A DNA stretch of 63,671 nucleotides, the filler included, from Lenisia limosa (Eukaryota; Protista; Breviatea), in NCBI GenBank assembly GCA_001655205.1. It is 8 parts of 8 records of this genome, joined end to end, with 100 filler letters (N's around TTAATTAATTAA, not from the genome) between each part and the next. Parts side by side here need not be neighbours in the genome. Positions count along the whole stretch, not along the records: positions 53,996 to 62,030 come from LPNZ01009963.1; positions 62,131 to 63,671 come from LPNZ01005382.1; 6 more parts are not named here. One strand, given 5' to 3'. This document shows positions 53,896 to 63,671 of this stretch, piece by piece (the first letter of the stretch is position 1; each line of letters opens with the position of its first letter). The translations under genes were made by a program, and so were the position numbers. The notes under the pieces are model-generated. The model saw nothing but the letters and a program-made list of their open reading frames with translations. It searched no databases and was not told the DNA's origin.

Positions 53896-53995
53896 NNNNN
53901 NNNNNNNNNNNNNNNNNNNNNNNNNNNNNNNNNNNNNNNTTAATTAATTAANNNNNNNNNNNNNNNNNNNNNNNNNNNNNNNNNNNNNNNNNNNN
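53896..53995. other. Artificial scaffold-joining linker
   Basis: Same 100-nt structure. Confidence 0.97.
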
Positions 53996-54134
53996 GCAAC
54001 GCAAATGGAATCCAGCATTGCAGAGGCGAACTTGACATCATTCGTCCAAATTGGTTCCAAGTCCACGAGACCACCGTCAAGCCGGGATACGGTTAAGGAG
54101 GGCTAGTGTGTGAAGGTTGAAGTGGCTAGGGATT

Positions 54135-55887
54135 TCAATTAATGAGAAAAAAAGAGTCTAAAACTACAATACTTGACGAATAGGGACAGCTCACATTTCC
54201 GAGATTATAGTTGGAAAAATAGCCACAAGATTGCATCTTCATTCCTAAAACTGTAACAGAGTCCCCAAAAATAGAATAATGTCTTCTGTCGTTAAAATAT
54301 ATATAATATAATATAATATGATGATACGTATCATTTCTGCTAGAAAAGTAGTCTCCTACAGAGTGAATTATGAAATACTTATCCAGTACATACCACAAGA
54401 AATGGCAATATCCCATCCAGAAGCTGTGCAAGTAGCGTAGGGGGGACCTGAATGTTAATTAGCAAGTAGTGTACTTCTCACAGTCCCATAGCCATCATTA
54501 GATTTGACAATATCATTTCATTATGCATTCTCTGAGACCTACCAAAGGGAGTAGAAGACGAACAACCCATTTCACATACACCTCCCAAAGGACTGACTCC
54601 TAAAGATCATTCAAAATGTAATACTGATGAAAATGGTTAATATTCTATGAATACTCTTCCAGTTCCTACCAGATGTACAGTTGCTTGTCGTGTAGGCTGA
54701 ATCAAACACATTGTCACATATGACTTAATTGTTAAATTAAAGATGGGTCATCTCGGCGCCATTCATAACAGGTCAGCAGCCTAACAATCGAACAGGATAT
54801 TTTCAACAATTAGCTCAGCCCAACTCACTTGGTTCGCAGGAGGGACCGTCAAACCAACCAGTCTCGAAGGAGCACTCCACTCCAGTAAGTTTAGGTGCTA
54901 CTAGTTTCAGACCTTCGGGACAGCTACCCTGGAGGAACCAATTAAAACATACTATACTAAAAGAAAGGTTTCAAAATTGAAATCGATAAATTAGGTGTAG
55001 ATTGAATGAATTTTGTTTAAAACTGACTTCAAGCCCTTTCCATACCGAAACGGTAATGTCAGCAAGTACACTTGATGTGCCAAAGAGGCGCTTTGTGACT
55101 TCTATGAACACACCTTCCCCAACTTCCGGAGCAAAGAGACACTGAACTTCTGAAGATGGTGAGGAAATAAGACAGTGGAAGCTGATTTAAGATTTCATTA
55201 GGAATATAGACAACAATTCTGGGGAAAACATGGGCTATTGTGGGCTTAACCTGATATAAAAACACTGATCTTCGGCAAATACTGTGGTGTGGTATGATAA
55301 GTAGAGATGTGAAGGACAGATGGTGGAAGTTAAAAGAGAAATGGAACCCAGATTTTGAAATGAATGAAAAGAATCAAACAATAAAAAGTAACATATGAGC
55401 TCCTCCTCTCACTTCCGTTAACAGCGTCAAGTTCAGCCTATATTATGAGGGACTTGAGAAATAAGAAGCACAAAATGTTAAATACAAGGTTCTAAACGAC
55501 AATAAAAAAACAGATCAAACCAACACAAGCAGCGAAACTAACATGAAACCGCATTACCTTTGTTGACGCGTGAAAGGGCTCGATAGACGGGGCAAGAGAA
55601 AACTGAACTCCCTCAGAACTTTGGCTTCAGGATAAGTACAAACTGGAGATATATATAGTATGACTCAAAACACGATCACAGTTGACGTGCTACGGGGATA
55701 TAAACTTGTTTACTATTTATAATAATCCAAGGGACGGACGTCTAATAAGCATGAAAGTATCTCTAACCTCAATTTTCCACTAACCCCACCAAAGGATTCT
55801 ACAGTTTGACCAAGCTTACACAGCAGAAGGGTGGCCGCAAAGAGCTATCGGAACAACAAGGACCAAAACAGCAAAGAGCACCGCCAT
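54135..55887 (-). CDS. Small secreted Cys-rich protein with possible Sushi/CCP- or EGF-like modules
   Basis: MAVLFAVLVLVVPIALCG (signal-like); exons GSCPEGLKLVAPKLTGVECSFETGWFDGPSCEP, GGVCEMGCSSSTPL, GPPYATCTASGWDIAISC. Model is tentative. Confidence 0.45.
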
Positions 55888-56433
55888 CTTGTTCTAGAAA
55901 AATATATAAATTGATATTTCCTCAATCATTACCGAGAGCAAAAAAAGAGAGAATGTAAGTTCAAGAATGAAAACGTTGTGAGAAAGGATGCTAGAGTTTC
56001 ACCATTCAAGACCCCAATTCTCATCCTTCCTTGCTGTTTCTTATATTATCTTTGGAAGGAGAAGAAAAGAGTGAAGAAGAAGGGTTGGTTTCTGCTTACC
56101 TTGACTTGGAACTTTTTGGGCTTGGTCTTTGTGGATGTCAACTATTCTTAATCTGCTATCTCATAAAATTCAACTAGTCTGTGAAAAATTCGTGATGAAA
56201 CTTCAAATCTTCAACAAATCTTCAACCTTCAAAACCAACTTTCAATTTCTTTTTTTATTTGACAATAATAATAAAAAAAATCTGAGCTGAATTGAACTGA
56301 ACTCTTGAACTCACCTTCAGAAGGTTATTGTGAAGCGGTATAATAAAGATCATTGCTAGACCATATATACCACCCCGCCTTATATTTACCTCAATGAACA
56401 TACAAAGAAAAATAATATATTTCTGTCACCAAT

Positions 56434-58935
56434 CTAGCGGACTAAAATCAGGAAAGATGGCGAATCAACCAGACTGCCAGTCCATCCTGAGAAGTCGTTG
56501 AACGCATTTGTTACCGTGCTGATAGACATGCCTTGGTCGTGGGTGAGAATGTTATAAGTAACCCTATAAAGGTAAAAGGTAGGAATAGTAGGAATGGAAA
56601 CAATGAATATCTTATCGTTGATCTCTATTATGGATATTAATTGATCTGAAGCCAGTATTCATATGTTAACCCATATCCAGTAGAGATATGATCGATCATA
56701 TGACCTACTTCCAAGTCGAAATGATGAACTAAGATAACAAGGGTTCATCCGGAGTGTATCAGAGTATCATTGAGACTTGTCGGTCAATTATTATACGAGT
56801 GGATATGGGAAAATGACCAAAAAGTGCTATGATTTGATGTCATATTGAAATGTACAATCATAGGATGAAAAGTGAACCGTACCCAGAATAAGGCACACCA
56901 CCAGTGGTGTAATCTCCACCAGTCAAAGTGCAATCAGTATTTTCCTGGTGATAATCTAAAGTATAAGTCTCCAACCATCGTGACCTGATATCAAGAGTAG
57001 GCATCTCTTGCAGAACCATGAAGAGGCCTTACAATCATAGAATACAAAGGTTGCACCAGGCCAACGCCCATCCACACGTTGTTTATAAAGGTTATTATTT
57101 GCCAATCTTTGTCTTTGCTCTGTACAAACAGTTTCCACCATGACTCGCCACGATTATGTTGGAGAAATGATTCAGCCTTAAAACCCATATATTTTGAGCT
57201 TATTTTGATCTCAATCAATACCATTCCCACAAACATGCAGTTGGTGGAGATAGGTTTGCGCCAGAGAAAGCATAACAGTTAAACTACGAGGGTGAAAATA
57301 AAGACACAATAATGATACAAGAAATAAATTGGTTTCTTCTTACAATTGAAGGGTCAGATAGGACAGTTTTGTTAAAGCGGAGCCAGTCCTGTGTCATCAT
57401 ATCCAATGTATCAGGAAATTCAGTCGTGAAGGTCGTCAGATACACAAACAGGACTTCAGTCTACATCGTAAACTACGGTTTTTTAAATGTTGATATTACC
57501 AGAAAATTTCTTTTCTTTTTAGCATCTCTATCACGGAGCTATTAGAGGTTTTTCTGCTGGATCATTTACAATTTCTTCATGTATATATATTCTGCCTCCT
57601 CTTGACATTGATGAAATTTTGTTTTCAGTCTTTTACTTACGACGTTCGTATATTTTTTTAACCTCTAGTGTGAGATAGACTTATATGGGTTTATGGTAAC
57701 GACCTATCCCCATCACCCACCAAATCAGGGTAGATCTTGGCCCAAATCTCGTCAGTAAGAACAAGATTTTGTCCATTTGGTGCGTAGGTCATTTCTACAG
57801 TATTAATCGTTAAAAACACCTCCTCGAATATGTTATATTTCAGGAGAAACAAAAAGACAACATTTGAAACCTTTTGCAATACCTTGACCAGGTTTCGCTT
57901 TTCTATCCTCCTACTTTCAGTTTTGCTCACATCGCTAGACTTACGTTGAGCAACAAGTTCCCATGTCTCTGTGGGGTAAGAAAAACACTACAAGCTAAAA
58001 TATAGTAAAACTATTTGAGGACAGTAATATGAGAATTATGAGATATACTATACAATAGATAAAAAATCTCAAGGATATAACCCATGTCAACTTACCCCCA
58101 AGAAGTTCAACACAGTAAACGCTTCTCAATTGCTCATAGTCCATTCTTGGCCCATTGAAAGCCGGTGTCCTCTTACAGCCAGCTGGAGTGTAATATTATA
58201 CCTAATAATAATATATGTATATAGAGCTGGAGCCCGATTTTTTTCAGTACTTAGCTGTATATAGCTCATTTTGTAATAAGTAAAAATGCTGAATAATTTT
58301 TTGTGCTATAGATACTGTTCGGGAGGTGGATTTCACAAAGCATCTCATCCCTGAGACTTTTACCCTTTTAATGCTTTATCTCTTAATGATGATGTGAATA
58401 ATAAAATTTATTTAACATTAAAGTCAAAAAGGCAGGCAGAAGAAGACGGTCAAGGTATATGATATATACATAGGTATCTGGCCGAAGCCGTCCACACCAT
58501 TTTTATAAGATATTAGATTATATAGTATTCTAATAATTCATCCAACCATTTTTGCCTTACACCTCAGCTTTCTGCGTGCCCCCCCCCCCCCCNNNNNNNN
58601 NNGTTCAAGGTAGAAATATGAGAAAAGATATCCCAGTTCAACGATTGACACATCAAAACTCCACCTCCACCAACATTGGGAAAATACTGACAGGTCCTCT
58701 TGGAGCTAAAGATGGTGAAATGGTCCAAACTGGAGTCAGACAGAAATAGTACATTATTTACTTGACAATCCCGAGGCCAAACCTGAGCAACTTGTTCGGC
58801 AAGAGCATTCAAAGATGCAATGGTTGGAGTCGTGACGTCAGAAACTTCTAAAATGGTGTCGATTTGGGCAGACCCATCCATTTTCATGACATAAGAAAAT
58901 GTACAAGTAAAAAGGAGAAGGAAGAACAATAACAT
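56434..58935 (-). CDS. Hypothetical multi-exon protein, possibly secreted
   Basis: Possible signal MLLFFLLLFTCTFS; open GT-AG exons TEVLFVYLTTFTTEFPDTLDMMTQDW, FNCYAFSGANLSPPTACLWE, VTYNILTHDQGMSIST...-TAG. No family recognised. Confidence 0.35.
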
Positions 58936-59806
58936 GATGATCAGAGTTGCAGTGTGGGGTGTGTTTTTCGTTTTTCTCACACGTTCTCATGGCGGTTTGT
59001 TGGAGGCCNNNNNNNNNNNNNNNNNCTTTTGTTTCGGTTTTTCTTTCTTTCTTTCTTTCTTCTTTCTTTCTTTTGTCTTTTCTGTCTTTTGTTTCTTTCT
59101 TCGAACGTTTGTTCTGAACGCGATTACTATCGCGGCTTAGCATTGGACTATTCATCACATTACATCCCTCTACTCTATTCATACTTGTTGATTAAAAAAA
59201 TCATCAAACGACAGGCGTATTATGAAAATAATATCAAGAATAATATGTTTGCTTCCTTTGACAACCTCAAGTTTAAATTGTACCTTCACCATTTAATACT
59301 GTTAACATTTAGTTGAAGGGTGTAGTATCACTCCAAAAGTCAAAAAGTATTTATATAAAAAAGTTAATTCGTGAGGGCTTTGTTCTCGCATAAACAGTTA
59401 CCAGAATGAAGAATGTAACTACTCCTACTACTTAACCTGTTAGATTTGGCATATTTTGAAATATTTATTGTTTTGCTGAGGTAATATTACTCTGATTTCC
59501 CCGCTCAATCAATCTCAGTCATATGATTTCATTCATATGTAAGGTTGAATCGCAAAAATATCGTGAGAAAATTCAGGCACCGAGTTGGTACTGAGGTTAA
59601 CTTATTGAATTAATGCCGCGGTTTCTGAATGAAATAGGGTTACACGGCAACCTAAAAACCTTTGAAAAATACAGAGTTTTGTGTATTGTTGTGGAGCCCA
59701 TAATATCATATCTACATATATATTACATTCACAATATCCCAAGATATGCTATCAATAAACCAAACCACAACAATTCATCAAAAAAAGACATTACAAACAA
59801 AGACTT

Positions 59807-61542
59807 TTAGGTGTTGCTAATCGAGACCGTATTCATATAGTCACCCTGAAACGTCATTGGATATTTGCAGTTAAATCCTTAACTGTGACATGATATTTAC
59901 TGTACTTCTCAAGCTGAACCGAAATAGAGAATAATAGGTTTAAATGACATAATGAAACAATATTAGAATTCATGAATGTTCTTAAAGTAGTAAGTCCATA
60001 CTAAGCATTATTCAGAATGTACCCTCCTGTGACATGATAAGAATAGTAATAAGTGAGGATTTCCCTGAGCGTAATTTCTTGATAAGATAAGCATCCAGGA
60101 AATATCATCATATTCAAGGTCCTAAACTATGTCGTTAATTGAGCAAGAGATAGGAAATTATTTAAAAATAGATTGTGTGAAGTCCTGATAGCCGATGGCT
60201 TCCCTCCAGTGCGAAAAAGATCAGTACACCACAGAATTATACCGATGATTTATCGAGAAAGTCATTTTTTAGCATTGTACTATGAGAAGCATATCCAAAG
60301 CTTACTTCTCCATAGATCCACTCTCTGAAGGATTCCTAGAGGAGTTAGGCCTTGTAACAATTGCGGTACTAGTGACCTCGATAAGTCCTGACAGAATTGT
60401 CCAGAGATAAAGCTCAATATCCGTGTCTGGACTTATTGCTGTCGTCAGGGAATAATAGTGTAAGTTCGTCTGGATTGATACTAGAACTCCAACGATGGAT
60501 ATGGGAATCCCTCTTTAACAAATGCGCTTGGGACTCGCTACACAATGGAAATATCACTATGAAGAGGATCGGGGATATATATATAATATCATATTAGAGA
60601 CATATCATATCATATATTAATACTATATAGAGATGCGAAATAAAACAAGAGCCGTTCACACACACACACACACCATCACGCTCATATTTCTTGTTTCAAA
60701 ACGGGGGGGGGTTATCAATTCACCCCTTCCTTCCCCCAAGTGGTGTTTTATTAGCGTTTGCATACCGGGTGTTCAGTGGGTTCTTCATTGTAAAGGTCGG
60801 TAACTTGTGAGGCGGTCAGCTCCGAGTTCCAAACTCTCATCTGAGGGAGAACAATAAAGGAAATTTCAATGACGAAGGAACAGAATCACAACAGCACCGT
60901 AAAACGAAGGCAAATTTGTGAAATGATGTGGGAAAGGGGAGGGGTTATGTGGTCCCTTTTTTGCACTCTATTCCTCCCCTTCCCCCATATAATAATAGTA
61001 CATCCCAAATTTTTTAATGAATTTTCTATTCTAAAAAATACTCTTCAAAAGAGCCAGGCAAGACCTAGAATCCTCCAAAACAAACAATATTCTAGGTGTT
61101 TTTCTTCAAACAATAAAGATCCAAACTTGGGACAATAAAGCGGAACTTCAAGTGGGCACTTACCAAGGTCCTTTCCTGATTTGCAATAGAGTCAAGGCTG
61201 GAGTTTGGGCTGAATGTTTCTGAAGAAGATCCATATCCGGGGAAAAATGCCGTCTATATAATGAGGGTGGTAACAATGATGAAAGATACACTAATGATGA
61301 TACAATAACACTTGATATTCACAGAAACGTCCTGGAATATGCGAGGGGTGGGAAACGTCCTGGTATATGCGAGGGGGTGGGAATGTCCTGGAATATGGGA
61401 GGGGTGGGAAACGTCCTGGAATATGGGAGGGGTGGGAAAATTGTTTCAGAGGGATGAACGACGGCTTTAACCGATTTCATTCTTCCCTCTCCTGACTGGC
61501 AATTCCCGACGGCATTCTGAGTGAACATTGGGAATCATGTGA
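59807..61542 (-). CDS. Fragmentary gene containing a LamG/concanavalin-A-like (Laminin_G_3) terminal motif
   Basis: Exon 60766-60840 encodes MRVWNSELTASQVTDLYNE (cf. DEVRIYNRALSAEEIxxLY); the other exons are tentative. Confidence 0.4.
61325..61436 (-). repeat. 4 x 27-29-nt tandem repeat, each unit CCCACCCCTC(G/C)CATATTCCAG|GAC-like
   Basis: Units at 61325, 61353, 61382 and 61409. Confidence 0.85.
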
Positions 61543-62030
61543 CTGCAGGGATTTGGGTTTGAATCTGTTTTCTCAGTGATTTTTATCATTTTGGCCCTAA
61601 GGGGAAAGAAGTCTGCATATATATACATTAAAAAGGAGAAGATGAAAGGAGGGACCACAAACATGAGGCTAGCGAGGCTGGCTCTTTTGACATTTTTACA
61701 GATCGCTAACTTTTTCCAACTATTTGTCCTTTTATGCTGAAATTCCTTTGTAACTTTAATTAACTCATCATATAGCTAGTGTGTATTATATGATAGCAGA
61801 TGAAATATGGAAATATAAAGCAACAAAGACTTTTCAATTTTCCAAAATTTAATAATAAAATCGGAGTTTTACTGATTCAAAAAAAGAAAACGAAAAAAAG
61901 AAAAAGAAAAAGAAAAGATGAAAATCCAGCGAACATATAAGAGTATAAATGGGTAGCACACCTACTTACTTCTCATTCTTAGGTACCGCCAAGTCTCTTT
62001 CTACCCCCACCCCCACCATAGTATTACCCT

Positions 62031-62130
62031 NNNNNNNNNNNNNNNNNNNNNNNNNNNNNNNNNNNNNNNNNNNNTTAATTAATTAANNNNNNNNNNNNNN
62101 NNNNNNNNNNNNNNNNNNNNNNNNNNNNNN
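62031..62130. other. Artificial scaffold-joining linker
   Basis: Same 100-nt structure. Confidence 0.97.
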
Positions 62131-62236
62131 GACATGATCTTGAATATCATCTTAATTATCACCAAGAGAATTCCATCATCATCTTAGCCGCTATTGGCTC
62201 AACAGTACATGAAACATGCGATATATAAGATACTAC

Positions 62237-62315
62237 TAGGGCTTCCATACGGTCTCAAAAAGATGGAATTGCCCGATAAATTCTCGATTACTTGATGGAC
62301 CGTTGGAAAGCCCTA
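62237..62315. mobile_element. hAT-type MITE (family 1), full copy
   Basis: TAGGGCTTCC...GGAAAGCCCTA; TSD GATACTAC/GATACTGC. Confidence 0.8.
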
Positions 62316-62698
62316 GATACTGCTATATCGTATTGCTTACCCCCCAGGCCATTTCGTTAATTTTCCAATTTTACGGGCTTTGTTTTGTTGTTATCAACCC
62401 TCGTCTGTCGTCAGCCAACAGAGTTGNNNNNNNNNNNNNNNNNNNNNNNNNNNNNNNNNNNNNNNNNNNNNNNNNNNNNNNNNNNNNNNNNNNNNNNNNN
62501 NNNNNNNNNNNNNNNNNNNNNNNNNNNNNNNNNNNNNNNNNNNNNNNNNNNNNNNNNNNNNNNNNNNNNNNNNNNNNNNNNNNNNNNNNNNNNNNNNNNN
62601 NNNNNNNNNNNNNNNNNNNNNNNNNNNNNNNNNNNNNNNNNNNNNNNNNNNNNNNNNNNNNNNNNNNNNNNNNNNNNNNNNNNNNNNNNNNNNNNNNN

Positions 62699-63660
62699 CA
62701 GCTCTTGCCCGCCTTGTCTATGGAGTGGCCCCTACCAACAGCCTGACTTCCTTACATAGTATGGAGGTTTAAGTAATATGGTATTTTTTAATAACAATAG
62801 TAACAAATAATATGGAATTTTATCATATGCATTATCATATATTACAATGATATCTGTAGCTTCACTTTGTTACGACAATGATCAGTAGACTATGAAATAT
62901 TTCAATGATATATAAGATATTCCGTCATATTCCGGATCGGAGTGCTCGAGATGTAATAGATATGCTATTCAATAGTCAATGGCGTTAAACATAGCCTTAT
63001 TGATAGGGTGTGTTGTGCAGTTATTGACTATGCTTATTTTTTTGGGCAATTAATTGCTTGACCACAAATAATCGGCAATTACATTTTTCAGTCATTCACA
63101 TGGAGAACCAAACGCCCGAGGGCATCCTTACCAGAGTATTCACTGCCCTCAATGAAATCTGTCCGGCTGCAACGTCCTGGACTTCTCCGAAGGATATTCT
63201 TGCTGTTCGAGGGGAATGGCTGGATTGAAATGAGCCCCCTCAGATTTGGGCTTTTTTTTTGTTTCATAAATTTTCCAATTTTACTCCCCCACTTACCATT
63301 TAGGGCGACGAGGCCGGAATTGCGATGCTTGTGGCCACGCTCATGGACCAGCACCCGTCCACCACCACCGTTTTTGAGAAAACCCTGAATAAGACCATGG
63401 AAGACGAGTCGATTCCTCAGGCCGAGCGAAGTGGGAGAGATTGTTTGTTAATTCTTCCCCCCTTTTTACTCACATTTTTAGGTATTCTTCCCCTCCCCCT
63501 ATTTTTTTATTATTATTTTTATTTCTCATTGCTATATGTATTATTTTCACATTTTTTTTTATTAGCTGTCTCCATTTTACTCACTTTATTCTTTTGACTC
63601 ATATTCCAGGCATTCTTCCTTGGCTCCACTCCATCGGAGTCGGCCACCTGATGGGAGAAT
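62699..63660 (+). CDS. Tandem calponin-homology (CH) domain protein, fimbrin/plastin-like; both ends incomplete
   Basis: Spliced ALARLVYGVAP...TSPKDILA|GDEAGIAMLVATLMDQHP...QAER|SILPWLHSIGVGHL resembles the fimbrin CH2-CH3 junction (DIxxG..NLAFVAxLFNxxP...EERxFRxWxNSLGV). Confidence 0.55.
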
Positions 63661-63671
63661 GTAGGGGGGGG

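Noticed and set aside
61325-61436. CRISPR-like arrays here and at 1966-2049
   Set aside because: The units are directly adjacent with no unique spacers, the context is eukaryotic, and no cas genes are present.
63607-63660. SAM domain start (LPWLHSIGV)
   Set aside because: The upstream exons fit a CH-domain end, so a second CH domain is the better reading; the sequence is too short to be certain.

Overview
Eukaryotic (protist-like), intron-dense draft DNA, not prokaryotic. The window joins eight unrelated scaffolds with artificial 100-nt linkers (44 N + TTAATTAATTAA + 44 N), so gene order across linkers is meaningless. Splicing is canonical GT-AG and the genetic code appears standard. Exons I assembled by hand give: two large Cys-rich GCC2/ephrin-receptor-like surface proteins (one with about 9 TM helices, a cytoplasmic FHA domain and an Asn/Met-rich tail), a PLAC8 protein, AP-5 mu (AP5M1), ATAD1/Msp1, CIAO1, a CCDC17-like protein, a response-regulator receiver fragment, an AT-hook protein, a Rheb-like GTPase, a probable fimbrin-like CH-domain fragment and several hypothetical genes. 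Introns carry three MITE-like families. The best candidates for something new are (i) the GCC2-multipass TM-FHA-low-complexity receptor, (ii) a dispersed repeat found sense-oriented at intron 3' ends (introner-like), (iii) three tandem arrays of ~28-nt units that each contain a 3' splice site, and (iv) G-runs after weak donors paired with C-runs before acceptors. All gene models and family calls are by eye, with no database search or RNA evidence. I saw no rRNA, tRNA, CRISPR array or transposase.
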